Under the pieces are notes generated by a model, which worked only from the letters and a program-made list of their open reading frames with translations, was not told the DNA's origin and searched no databases. The translations under genes and the position numbers were made by a program. Shown here in pieces: positions 37,723-48,587 of a stretch of DNA of 64,000 nt. The DNA is from a virus. The stretch covers positions 1-64,000 of the IMG/VR virus record IMGVR_UViG_3300044691_000371. One strand, given 5' to 3'. How positions within the stretch are numbered: the first letter of the stretch is position 1; every line of letters starts with the position of its first letter.

Positions 37723-38226
37723 TTAAATATGTTCATTAATAAATTTATCAATATCAGGACTTAAAAGCAAGTGAACATTTCGCGTTATTCTTTCGTCATC
37801 CCAATCCCACCACGCTATCTCTAAAAGGCTATTTATCTGCTCTGTGTTGAATCTTTTTCTTTTTACAACATTTGCCCCGACTACAATAGAATAAGGCTCT
37901 ACATCCTTTGAAATAAAGCTCATTGCCCCTATTACCGCCCCGTGTCCTATGTTTACCCCGGTTGCTATGTAACTTCTCATTCCGATTGTTACATCTGACC
38001 CAATTATTATATCACCTCTCATTTGATTATACCCTGCATCAATATGTGAAGCACTTGGCCAAAGGTTTTTAAACGGGTATGTAGTAACTAAATAAGGGTC
38101 ATGTGATTGACCGCCATCAAAAACGTTCGCTTCGGCTATGCTTGTAAAATTTCCAATGATAACGTTATTTCCGTTACCGTATTGGTGAACCTCTCCATAG
38201 GTGTATTTGCCTTTAGTTACTGCCAT
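37723..38226 (-). CDS. CatB/Vat-like hexapeptide-repeat O-acetyltransferase
   Basis: IGNFTSIA, TTYPF, GDIIIGSDV.IG, IGHGAVIGA, KDVEPYSIVVG, LLEIAWWDW. Confidence 0.88.
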   Translation of the reverse strand: MAVTKGKYTYGEVHQYGNGNNVIIGNFTSIAEANVFDGGQSHDPYLVTTYPFKNLWPSASHIDAGYNQMRGDIIIGSDVTIGMRSYIATGVNIGHGAVIGAMSFISKDVEPYSIVVGANVVKRKRFNTEQINSLLEIAWWDWDDERITRNVHLLLSPDIDKFINEHI

Positions 38227-38908
38227 TGTTTTTCAGAATGGTTAACCCGTTATTTTCTTGCGTTTCGTAAAACAATGTCCAGTTCGGATTATCTCTTAAA
38301 AAGTTTTCAATTGCAGGATATAATCCTTCCGGCCCATTCATAAAATCAGCTACACCTGGATACCACGGCTCCGACTTCCATCGATAGGCGTATTCGGCTG
38401 TGTCATGCCATAAAATGTATTTATTTACTTTATGAGCGTGTAGTTTTAATTCTGCTGTAGCCTGATTAAATGAATGGTAGCTATCAACGAGTAACATATC
38501 TGTTTGTTCAATATCGGCCTCTAAACAGTTTTGAGTTATAAATTGAAAATTTTGTCCAGCTTCTAAACACAATTGTTCAACCTCGTCAACATCATCCCAA
38601 CGACCTATATCGTAGCTAACAACTCGCTTTGGTTTCGCTGCAAGTAATGCGTATGTGCTTGTTGGTCGCCTTACTCCAAATTCAGTGCAATGATCGCAAA
38701 GTTGGGCAATCTCAAATATTTTTGGTAGTAACAAATTTATATCGCTTTCTTCGTTGCATTTTTCGAGATACTTTTTCATTATCTCGCTAATCTCTGGTTT
38801 TTGTGGTTGTTCTTTCGGTTGCTCCGCTTTTTCAGTAGTTGCATTTTTTGCAACAACTGCCTTTTCAATCTTTGTTTCGGTCTGTACTTTCTTTGGTCTA
38901 CCTGCCAT
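38213..38908 (-). CDS. Class I SAM methyltransferase (Methyltransf_24-like)
   Basis: TEFGVR..TST.ALL, VSYDI, DMLLVDSYH, ILWHDT, NNGLTIL. Confidence 0.8.
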   Translation of the reverse strand: MAGRPKKVQTETKIEKAVVAKNATTEKAEQPKEQPQKPEISEIMKKYLEKCNEESDINLLLPKIFEIAQLCDHCTEFGVRRPTSTYALLAAKPKRVVSYDIGRWDDVDEVEQLCLEAGQNFQFITQNCLEADIEQTDMLLVDSYHSFNQATAELKLHAHKVNKYILWHDTAEYAYRWKSEPWYPGVADFMNGPEGLYPAIENFLRDNPNWTLFYETQENNGLTILKNNGSN

Positions 38909-39467
38909 TTTATTTTATTTTTTAGTGTGTGATTATTATCCTACTTCAAATCCTTTATCCCATGCTTTTGTTAGGGTCAAATCGTTCATTTTATGTGTTT
39001 CAATAGGGCTTAAAACTATATCACCATCTCCCCGTTCAATGTTAACTGAATTGATTGATAGGTAATCATCTGTTGATTCTGTATAAGCCCACATAAAGAC
39101 TTCGCTTTCCTTGTTTGGCACTTGATTAAGCAACTCTATAAGAGTTTTAACGGTCATTACTCTAAATATTTAATGTTTGTGTATGTAAATTCATAATATG
39201 AATCATTATCGCCTTCGCCTTGATACCATTCACCTGAAATATCTACTAATATCCAGCTCCCATTATTGACAGCAATAAATTGATCGTAGTTATTATCGAA
39301 TAAATCTTTTTGAAGTTCTTCAATTAAGTTTGTGTTTAAAACGCCTTCATAAATATGATGAAATCCATTTAACAAAGGCTGAATCATATCATCTTCGTCT
39401 TTTTCAATCCATATTTCAGCTTGAAACTTACAATCGAATTTATTCATTTAGCTTCTTATTTGAATTT

Positions 39468-39500
39468 CAAAGGTAAACAAAAAGTTTTTGTATTTGCAAA
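39468..39500 (-). promoter_or_regulatory. Sigma70-type promoter
   Basis: TTTG-21 nt-TACCTTTG with CAAATACAAAAAC spacer; precedes ORFs 39157-39447 and 38936-39157. Confidence 0.7.
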
Positions 39501-39505
39501 TTAAT

Positions 39506-40060
39506 TTAAAGGTATTGCGTTCTGATAGCGTTACATTCAGATGGTGTAAGCCAAACATCTATGGCGTGAAACCCTATCGTTTGAAGCTGAAAAACGGCCT
39601 CTACGCTGAACTTACTGCAAACTTCTCGTGGTGCTAAGTTCATTCCAAATTCGTGCATGACATTGCAAATATGATGATCTTCGTTTAACGTTCCGTTCCA
39701 GGTTCCTTTGTCAATTATCTGCATCATTGCTTTTGGATTACGTATTGATAGTCCTCCGTTTCCTCCGTGTTCCTGCCATGCCCATGGCGCACCGCAATAG
39801 TCCCACTCTAAAAAGTCCTCTATCCCTGTTCTAAGCAATCCTGAATCGTGTTGGAATATAAGTACTCTCTCCGATAAAATATTTCGCCACAGACGCTTAG
39901 AAAGCATTAAGCGGTTATAATCACCTATTGAATTGATTGGCTCGTTTTTGATGTGATAGATTTCACAGTCTTTCGGCAAATACTTTTCGTGATTTTCGAT
40001 TATTTGTGTTAATCCTGGTATCTCGCGATTTTCAATAATTAATGCCGAAAAACTTTGCAT
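39506..40060 (-). CDS. DUF5672-like (GT-A-related) protein
   Basis: LIFQHD, WDYCGAPW, GNGGLSIR, NED, FSVE, GFH. Confidence 0.8.
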   Translation of the reverse strand: MQSFSALIIENREIPGLTQIIENHEKYLPKDCEIYHIKNEPINSIGDYNRLMLSKRLWRNILSERVLIFQHDSGLLRTGIEDFLEWDYCGAPWAWQEHGGNGGLSIRNPKAMMQIIDKGTWNGTLNEDHHICNVMHEFGMNLAPREVCSKFSVEAVFQLQTIGFHAIDVWLTPSECNAIRTQYL

Positions 40061-40062
40061 AG

Positions 40063-40818
40063 TTAAAATATTACATCTTTTGGATAATTGAAATGTTGGC
40101 GAAGTATTTCTGGTAGTTGTGTTTTGTCAAAATCGGTTGCTTGTGGCCATAAATTATGCGAAACGAGGTGAAGACCAAGCGGTATTTCCATGCCAGGTTG
40201 CCAGCGTTCATATACGTCTGTTAACCAATTAGGACGAATTTCTGACTTATGGCCGTGAATTAATAGCTTGTAACGCATTATTTCCATTCTTTGAGCGCAT
40301 CCAAAATGATAAACAGTTCCATCTACAACGTCCCATCCTTCGCAATCCCTATTATGTAAATTATGAAACCTTATAGGAGTAAATGAATCGTAGCAGGCAT
40401 GATTAAATGATTTCCAAAAATTGATATATCTGGAAAACCCTATATTTCTTTTAGTTGATTGCCAACACTGTTCAATCTGTTCGTCAATATCACCGAAAAC
40501 TTCATCCGCATCGAAAACTAAAATTCCGTCATATTTACCGTCTTCTGCTATCTTGAATATTTTCCCTCTATGAACACCCTCTTGTCCTGCATCAACATTC
40601 ACCCACTTTACTTTATTTGATGCGCTATAAGCTATATTCATTAAATCGCTTTCGCTTTCTGGGCAACTTATATTCGTTCCATGTCCGTGGCTTGGTTTTG
40701 ATGTATAAAGCACTATTATTTCTTCGCAATATCTTGCCGCTGATCTTATCGCACAGTCCAAATATTCCCCACCATAATGTAAAATTAATTCGCCGAGGAC
40801 ACGTTTATTATTTTCCAT
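40063..40818 (-). CDS. Putative GT-A glycosyltransferase
   Basis: YLDCAIRS...IIVLY; ILVFDADE; VYHFG. Confidence 0.7.
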   Translation of the reverse strand: MENNKRVLGELILHYGGEYLDCAIRSAARYCEEIIVLYTSKPSHGHGTNISCPESESDLMNIAYSASNKVKWVNVDAGQEGVHRGKIFKIAEDGKYDGILVFDADEVFGDIDEQIEQCWQSTKRNIGFSRYINFWKSFNHACYDSFTPIRFHNLHNRDCEGWDVVDGTVYHFGCAQRMEIMRYKLLIHGHKSEIRPNWLTDVYERWQPGMEIPLGLHLVSHNLWPQATDFDKTQLPEILRQHFNYPKDVIF

Positions 40819-41133
40819 TACAAATTATATTCTAAAAAATCAATTGCTGTTTGTGCTGAAACGCGCCATGCATTAGCTTGTTTTTCGGTTAATTCGTTAG
40901 TGAAAAACTGATCTGATTTAGGCAAGTCTTCACCTTTAAATGATTTACTCCCAACCGCTACACAATAATCATCATACATTTTGCGGGCCAATTGTTCTTT
41001 TTTGCTTAATGTGCTTGGCATATTATAAAATTTAATATTTGTTTCTTGTGGTTTTATTTCACCGGCGTACAATTCAGTTACATAAGTCCCATTAGTTTCG
41101 ATGGCTAATTGCTTGAATATGATTGCTTCTTTT

Positions 41134-42069
41134 TTAGTTTCCATTGTATTTGTTATAAAGATTCAAAATTTCTTCGCCCATTTTTTCAAATGAAAATTTT
41201 TCTTGTGCTAATTTATGTCCTAAAAATGCAATTTGTTTTCGTTCATTTTCATGTTGTAGGTAATAGTTAATTTTGTTTTTTAAATCATTTAAATCATCAA
41301 AAACATCTAAATGAGTCCCTATTTCAAAATCTTTTTCAATTCCTTTATATCTATGGCTTAAAACCATTATTCCTACTCCAATCATGCGAAATAATCTATC
41401 GCTACTGTATCTATCACTATCAAAATGACTTAAATTGATTCCTATTTTTGCACCTCTGTAAACTGCTGCTTCGCCTCTTTGATCGCTCATGAATTGTCCT
41501 CCGTCTGGTTGACCGCTTCCAAATGCTTTAAACCTTTCGCTATAGGTTCGCTTTAATTCCTTTACCATTTCACGCCTTAAACCTGACAATGGAAATTGAC
41601 TAAATGTATTACCGAAAAAAACTATCTCCGCTAAACTATTTACCGGCCCAATATTGCTATAAATATCTGGACTTATGCCAATTTGAAGAAAATCTGCATC
41701 ATATCCACATTTCCGCATAATGTCAACATCTTCGGTATTGCTAAATGTAGATAAATCAAATCCCCATTTAGCGTAATTAAAATAACATTCCGGTAGGATA
41801 TTTCTCTTATCTCCGCTCCACCCAATTACATATCCACCATTATCTTTTAAAGCTTTAATAGCTTCTGGACTAATCCCTTCTGATTGGATTTGCACCCAAA
41901 TCAAATCCGGATTATACGTATTAGCAACATTAATTATTTGAAAATTCAAATCCAGTGATTGAGATGCTATTTCTCTGTATTCCCAACCTTGTGATTCAAA
42001 TGCTTTCTTTAATCCTAATCCATGATGATCTGGAATGCAACTCATTCCTATATGTAATGCTTTTTTCAT
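41134..42069 (-). CDS. GT-B glycosyltransferase (CgeB / Glyco_trans_1_2-like)
   Basis: IVFFGN, VYRGAKIGINLS, SDRLF, KINYYL.HENER..IA..G. Confidence 0.85.
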   Translation of the reverse strand: MKKALHIGMSCIPDHHGLGLKKAFESQGWEYREIASQSLDLNFQIINVANTYNPDLIWVQIQSEGISPEAIKALKDNGGYVIGWSGDKRNILPECYFNYAKWGFDLSTFSNTEDVDIMRKCGYDADFLQIGISPDIYSNIGPVNSLAEIVFFGNTFSQFPLSGLRREMVKELKRTYSERFKAFGSGQPDGGQFMSDQRGEAAVYRGAKIGINLSHFDSDRYSSDRLFRMIGVGIMVLSHRYKGIEKDFEIGTHLDVFDDLNDLKNKINYYLQHENERKQIAFLGHKLAQEKFSFEKMGEEILNLYNKYNGN

Positions 42070-42833
42070 GCGTAAATTAAAGATGTATAATTTTTATTTT
42101 GACCTCCTAATTGTGCTCTTAAAGCTGAATAGGTTATATCTTTTTTAAATGTATAACTTTCATAAGCGTCTTTTAAGCTATCGTAATAAATGCCATTTTC
42201 AAGATTAATAATCATCTTTTTTAGATGATTTCCTATTTTATGTTTGCACTCTTCTGGCATTATTTTACCAATGTTGCCTTTGCTTATTTTGCTTTTTGTT
42301 TCTTGCGAATGCTTTCTGCCTAACATATAAGTATTACCATTATTTCTAATCAATAATGCTTTTCTTGCTTCATCTGAAAAAACATGTCCCCTTTTACCAT
42401 TGCTTATATTTAATCTCGATTCTTCTGACATTTTATGTCCAGTTTTTGATTGGCTTATTTTTAAACTTGTTTCTTTAGAAACAATTTTTCCTTTATGAGC
42501 TTTGCCTATTTTTTCTCTTGTTTCTTTTGAAGGGCTTCCATTTGCTCCGCCTTCTTGCAAATTTAATCCATGATCTGTATTGAATGTTTTATAAAATGCT
42601 ATCCAATAAATCTCACGTTCGTTTAGTTTTTCTTTACTGCATTCTTCAATGATTTCAAAAATGTGATTATCTGGCCCATATTTTAATAAAGAATTATAAA
42701 TTCTAGATTGACTTTTGCATCTTAATTTAAGATAATCTGAAAATCTTCCAATAATATTAAATGCTTGACCAATATAGATATTCCCGTTTGGACTTGTAAT
42801 CTTGTAAATGCCACAAATTTTCTTTCTTGCCAT
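42066..42833 (-). CDS. GIY-YIG homing endonuclease with NUMOD3 repeats (likely start ATG 42833)
   Basis: CGIYKITSPNGNIYIGQ; repeated S.ET+.KIS...G units. Confidence 0.92.
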   Translation of the reverse strand: MARKKICGIYKITSPNGNIYIGQAFNIIGRFSDYLKLRCKSQSRIYNSLLKYGPDNHIFEIIEECSKEKLNEREIYWIAFYKTFNTDHGLNLQEGGANGSPSKETREKIGKAHKGKIVSKETSLKISQSKTGHKMSEESRLNISNGKRGHVFSDEARKALLIRNNGNTYMLGRKHSQETKSKISKGNIGKIMPEECKHKIGNHLKKMIINLENGIYYDSLKDAYESYTFKKDITYSALRAQLGGQNKNYTSLIYA

Positions 42834-42842
42834 AACAAAATA

Positions 42843-42932
42843 CCCGATCAATACAAAGGCAGTCCAGTCGCACGAAAGTGCTAAGGCAATGTATCAACCG
42901 GGATATTTTTAGTTTTTTCATAACTGAACTGC
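42843..42932 (-). promoter_or_regulatory. Structured 5' leader of the GIY-YIG gene
   Basis: Interleaved helices GCAGUUCAGU/ACUGGACUGC and CCCGGUUGAUACA/UGUAUUGAUCGGG, with inner hairpin GCAC-UUUC-GUGC. Confidence 0.55.
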
Positions 42933-43656
42933 GATACTAAATTAAAGTTTTTATATTAAATAGCAAATATTTGTTTTGATACGTTTTTTAATCACTTCAA
43001 AACAACTTCTTATTGTTATTGAATTTATACCTTCAAAAATTATCGTTCGTTATATCGCTTTAAAATGCGTTAAATAGTGAAAGGCATTTAAACGCTATGT
43101 AAATACCTAAAATTATAAATGTTAGTACTGAGGCTTTTGATTTTCGTTCGTAAACAACTTCAAATATCCCATCTAAATAAGCAAATGCAAAAAACATTAA
43201 AATCAATTTTAATATTTCAATTTCTATTCTCATTTTCTTGTCTTTGAGCTATCCCTAATCTGATTAAAAGACCATCAGCGTAATCAACTGCACAATTTAT
43301 GTCATCTTCCATCGGCCTTTCTGATTTTCCGTTTGCAATTAACGTATTTAAAAACTGTGTTGACAAATTCAATCTCATTTGCGCGATGTTTGCCTGTAAT
43401 TGCTGATTGATTTGATCTTGTGTTGGCTTTGCTTGTGTTGGCCGTCTGTCTGCAAACTGGCTTGCATTAGGTAATTTATTACTCATATTGTTGTTTTATT
43501 TGATTTCTTCCCAAATTGTTAAATCATCTTCTGATGTTGGCTTTGGATTAGCTATTAACTTAAATTTTGTTTTACACCTCTTACACCAAGCTTTTGTAGG
43601 TAATGAAGTTGCATTAAACCTCAAATCATGTGTGAATAGTCTACAAATTATATTTT

Positions 43657-44265
43657 TCATAATGCTATCGGTGGTAAAAAATGATATGGCCGTTGTATTC
43701 TTACACTCCCATCATAGCTTTTCTCCCCGGCGTGTAAATGATAACTTTTTATTGTCAATGATGGATTTGATATTTGGTATCCAACATTCATTAATTCCCA
43801 ATTCTGGCGATTATCACATCCTGGGATGCCGAGCCAATGATCTGTGAACTTTGGTATTCTTATTTTTCCTTTGAATAGCCAGCTATCCGTACAATCCTTT
43901 CGGCCAACAAATGTAATTGGCCCATTTTTACTTACATCATATCGCGTTAATGCCCAACATTCATTCTCTTTTGGAAACATTGTCAATTCGTCAAAGTAAA
44001 TATCTGAATTTGAAACACAATTTATATCTGCATCCCCTGTAATGTTATTTATCGCATTAAAGAAAGTTCTGAATGTCGGCCTTACGGTTACAGGCAACAA
44101 AACTATATTCGTTAATTCTTTAGGAATAAATGTTATGTTTTCCGATTGCTCACCCAAAACAAATATCGTATCAAAAACATTTGAGTTTCTTTTTAAACAC
44201 TCAACCAGTTCGTTTACTCGCTGAATGTTCTTTTCAGGATATAGGGATATGTAAAGATTTATCAT
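43657..44265 (-). CDS. Putative GT-A-like protein
   Basis: R.NEL..CL..N, SNSDIYFD, WALTRYD, DSWLF, GIPGCDNR, NPS..I..YHLH. Confidence 0.6.
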   Translation of the reverse strand: MINLYISLYPEKNIQRVNELVECLKRNSNVFDTIFVLGEQSENITFIPKELTNIVLLPVTVRPTFRTFFNAINNITGDADINCVSNSDIYFDELTMFPKENECWALTRYDVSKNGPITFVGRKDCTDSWLFKGKIRIPKFTDHWLGIPGCDNRQNWELMNVGYQISNPSLTIKSYHLHAGEKSYDGSVRIQRPYHFLPPIAL

Positions 44266-44782
44266 TTCAATAATATTTCTCTTTAAATTCCTTTAATTCA
44301 TCAAATGCTTTTCCGAAATCGTAATTGGGATTCATTATATTATTTAAAGGCTTTTTTAGCTCTTTAAGTATTTTAATGAGTTGGCGTTCATTTTCTGACA
44401 TACAAGAAATAACTAAATCATAATTTGGACTCTCAATAACATCGTCTATTTTTGCCCAATTCAATCCAAACCCCTTTTTACTAAACTTTTTATATTGAGA
44501 TTTAAATATTTGATCTTTTGTTTTCATGAAAGTAGTTCTATTGTATCCCCCAAATCATCTACATTAATAATTTCATCCCCTTCAAAATCGCACACTATTG
44601 CGTTTGGGTCGCAATCTTCTAAAATGTCTATTAACTGTTCAACGGTCATTTTATTTCTTTTAAAATAGGTTCAACAAATCCAGCCCAAACTAATTCAAAT
44701 TCCTTTTTACATTTATCACATTTGAAATCTAAATTCTCCAATTCTATTAAAAACAATTGACAATGTGGGCATACTGGTTTTG

Positions 44783-45103
44783 TCATTCTATTCGAATATT
44801 AATTGTTTGTTTCCCTTCAATTTCGATATCTTGGCGTGGTGCCCCGTATCTTGAATCCATTAAAACTTTATAAGCTTGTGAATCTGATTCCCTCGCTGCT
44901 CTTATTTGGGCTAACGTTATCAAATCTTCTTGAGATAACATTTCTTCAACTCCGCTTAATGGATTCTTTGCCTTTATTTCAACGTCAAGCCACTTTTTAG
45001 CTATCGTTGCCCTGTTCTTTACTCCTGCTGGTCTTCCATTTTTTTCCGGTTGGTTTTCAGGTGTAAATACTTTTCCTACTTTATTACCCTTTTGAAATGG
45101 CAT
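44783..45103 (-). CDS. Terminase small subunit candidate (DUF5681-like)
   Basis: F.KGN...F...QP..NGRP.G..N; D..A...L.D..YG.P.Q.IE. Confidence 0.7.
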   Translation of the reverse strand: MPFQKGNKVGKVFTPENQPEKNGRPAGVKNRATIAKKWLDVEIKAKNPLSGVEEMLSQEDLITLAQIRAARESDSQAYKVLMDSRYGAPRQDIEIEGKQTINIRIE

Positions 45104-46431
45104 GTCGTTACTGTGTCGTTTTGTGTAGCTTCAAAGTTAGTATTTAAATATGCAAACTTGCAATTTTATTTTTGTTTTACTTTTATCGTTTCCTTTGTTG
45201 AAGGCATTCAATTCTATGAATTTTGTCTACTTGTTTAATAAATCTGATATAGGTTGATCTAAATAAAATTCTTATTGTACCTATCGGTATATTATGTGAA
45301 TATGCTGAATGTTTTTGCATTTTAAGTTGCTATCGCTTTTAATATTTGATTGTGATGGGTTCTGTATCTTGCATTTGCTTTTCTTAATTCTTGATGCTGC
45401 CATCTATCTTCGCCTGTAAGTATCTTTAAAGCTATTGTTACGTTGTATTCTTCAACTGAATACCTGCTTCTACAATACCTCCATTCAGGCCCATAAACTA
45501 TATTTGTTTTGGTGTCTATCATCTCTGAATAGCCGTGAACGTTTGTGAATTTAAAACGCTTTCTGAATTTTTTAAGCAATTTAGTTTTCATTTGTTTAAT
45601 TAGTTAGTCTTCCCACGCATATAATTCGTCAAACTCTTTTTCATCCATTTTTGTGTACTCAATCCCTGTAACCTCTTTTCGCGGTATTTCAAGTGATTTC
45701 AATATCCCTTTTATTTCGCCCTCTTGTTTATACTGTTCGGGCGTTAATATCAATGTATTATAATTTAAAAAGGTTATTTTGATTACATCTATTTGATTCA
45801 TAAGCTATTAAATATATATTTCGCCTTTTAGCTTTTTTAAAGTTTAACCCTTTTGTTAGTTGGCATCCATGTTCTTGTGCTATGGTTTTTAAGGAACTTA
45901 TTAAATTCGTTTTCCTTTGCCTGTAATTCTTTATCGTAATCCCAATTTTCGCTTAATTTGTCTTGAAAAAGTTCTGAAATATTTATTTCGCCGAAGCTCG
46001 TTTCTTCACATAAAACTAATCTTAATTGATCGATAGTTATCCAATTATTAGAATTTTCAATATCGCTATTTAAATCTTCTAAATAATCTTCAATTTCGTC
46101 TTGGCTAAAAAAGTATTTATCATCGCTATCGTATAGATGAAGGCAAGCTTTACCGTCCCATTCAACTAATTTAAGCTTTTCGAAATTTTCAGCGTCTTTC
46201 TTATTTTGGCAATCGAAACAATATTTTTGATATGTATAATCTTTCTCAAATTCAATTCCGCAATCAATACAGTCTGCGTGTGTAGCTAATTGATCTTTAC
46301 TTATCCTATCAGCCCAATATGTTATCCCATTAGCTGTAAACGTGTTTTGTTCGCGTTTTTCTTTACCTTCAATAATATCTTTTAGATTTACTTTAGGATT
46401 TGGTTCTTTCAATTGTGAATTTTTCATCTTC

Positions 46432-47001
46432 TTATTCTTTCGGTTTCTTTTTTCCTAACCAACAATTAAACCCCTCTTTTTTAAGTCTTTCGTATAAAAC
46501 TTCTTGGCTTGCAAGGCTATCAAATTCAACTGTTAACAAAATATGTTTCGGATTTGTGGCCTCAAAATTTACGCTTGTTGTTGCCTTTTCTGGTTCAGTT
46601 TCCCATAATCCAAATAACGATATATCGCCCCAATTTTCATTGAGTTGCGTCCAATCCCAATCACCACTATTAACATTATCGCGGATGGAGTACTCTTTTA
46701 GCTTCTCTACTGTCGTTTCGGGTGGCAATACAAAGCATAACACCTCTTTATATTTTAAGTCCTTATACAGCCCCAGACGTTGGTTACCAGCTATCACAAC
46801 ATAGTTATCTTCAAAAGGATAAACTAATAAGCATTTCCATTCGGCTATCTCCGGGCTTTCTACAATTGATTTTCGTAATGCATCTTTTGCGCCGCTCGTT
46901 ATCTTGCGTGGGTTTTTAGGCAATCCAGATATCTGCCCATTATTACCCTTTAGCTTAGATATTTTTATTAATTGTTGCTGCATCTTAATTATAATTTTCA
47001 A
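46432..47001 (-). CDS. ParB/Srx-like nuclease-domain protein
   Basis: KNPRKI...L.KSI, VIAGNQRL, IRDNVNSGDWD. Confidence 0.8.
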   Translation of the reverse strand: MKIIIKMQQQLIKISKLKGNNGQISGLPKNPRKITSGAKDALRKSIVESPEIAEWKCLLVYPFEDNYVVIAGNQRLGLYKDLKYKEVLCFVLPPETTVEKLKEYSIRDNVNSGDWDWTQLNENWGDISLFGLWETEPEKATTSVNFEATNPKHILLTVEFDSLASQEVLYERLKKEGFNCWLGKKKPKE

Positions 47002-47234
47002 TTTTGTTTAAAGGCTTAATTAAAAGCTTATGACGCTCTTTTTTGCCTTGTTTCATGAACTGATATTCGATTGAACCAACACAATAGGCAACCGAAGCAA
47101 ATAAGGTTGTAATTACAAATAACTCTCCTAAATCGGCCTGTTTTCCTATCGCTAAAACTGTAAACATTATCAGCAATGTTTTGCCAATGTACTTTATCGT
47201 AAAAATTATTTTCATTGCTTCAATAGTTTAATTG

Positions 47235-47976
47235 TTAGTTTTTACTTGCTGTTTTTGCTTTGGCCGGTTTAGCCTTTAATTTATTTTCAAAAATGATAGC
47301 TGATTGTTGGTAAATGCTGTCTAATTTATCGCGAAGTATTCCGTCAATATGCAGTTGGTGAAGATTTTGTTGGATAATCAATGAGTTTCGGTAAATGGTT
47401 TTTACCTCATTGGAATCAAATTTAATTGAATCGCGCTTAACCTGGGCTGTTACTGTGAATGTTAAAAGCAGGATAGTAAGTAATAGGATTGTTTTTTTCA
47501 TATTAATAATCGTTTATTTTTATTGTTTTACCTTCTTTTATTAATATACAGGGTTGCACTTCTTTGCCATTTATGGTATAAAATCCATCGATCAAGCTGA
47601 ATGAACCCCACGACGACTGCCAATACGGCGGCGTCATTTTAATAATATCTTTCTTTACTATTGTGATTTTCTTTCGCCAATCCCAATTTGAAGCCTCAAT
47701 ATAAGTTCTCTTTAAACCCTTGCATAGGTGTTTTTTATGACTGCCGATTTCAATCCATACAGAACAATTACATGTTTCTGTAACTATTTTATAAGATGTA
47801 CTGTCTTTGCCATCAAGTGAATAATACTTGGTAGTTGTATCTCGCCATTTTTCATACCCGCAGTATCTCCAATGTTGTTTTTGCCCAAAACAGCATATTG
47901 CCAATATCAGTAAAATGGTTGTTAATATGATTTTTTTCATGTTTAAAAGATTAAGTAAATCAATAAATAAAGGCAA
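47235..47976 (-). CDS. Two small exported proteins with signal peptides (47235-47501; 47503-47940)
   Basis: MKKTILLLTILLLTFTVTA-Q and MKKIILTTILLILAICCFG-Q. Confidence 0.6.
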
Positions 47977-48556
47977 ATAGTTAATAAGCTACCAACTATA
48001 ATAGTTGAGGCCGCACATGTGTAGGGATGTTCCATATCGTTAATAATTATGCGTTATCTGCTTATAAATCGCAATTACTACCAGGGTTATAGCCGCCAGT
48101 ATTAAAAAGTATTTTGGCTTCATTATTTTAATAGATCAATTCCAAAAATCATTTTATCTGGTACATGAAACATTTCTTTCCAGCTTAAAACAACGTCCTT
48201 TTTGTCAGTTTTCTCCTCAATTATCCAGGCAGGTATCCAACTTTTAAAATAAAGCTTTGCGCTTATTCCTGTTGATGTTACCTTGATAACGATCTTTTGC
48301 TGTGGTGTTTTCACTTTTAATATTTATCAAAGTGGATAACTCCGAAATGAGCCATAGTAATTAGTGTAATAATAATTATTATCATGCCAATGATAAATAC
48401 CCTTATTTGGGTCTTGTTGTCTGCGTTTTGTAATTTGTTAATTGTTTTCATGATGTAATATTTTAAAATTGTTGTTTGCTTTTAGAAATAGTACGCTGCA
48501 CTTGCTTTTTATTGCCGGACTTCCGCGTACTATCTTTTATTCTTTGTTTTACGAAT

Positions 48557-48587
48557 CAAATGTATAAATAGTTTTCGTAATTGCAAA
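48557..48587 (-). promoter_or_regulatory. Sigma70-type promoter
   Basis: TTTG-19 nt-TACATTTG. Confidence 0.75.

Noticed and set aside
37723-38226. Antibiotic-resistance gene (cat/vat)
   Set aside because: The fold is shared with sugar O-acetyltransferases, and the glycosyltransferase context favours that role.
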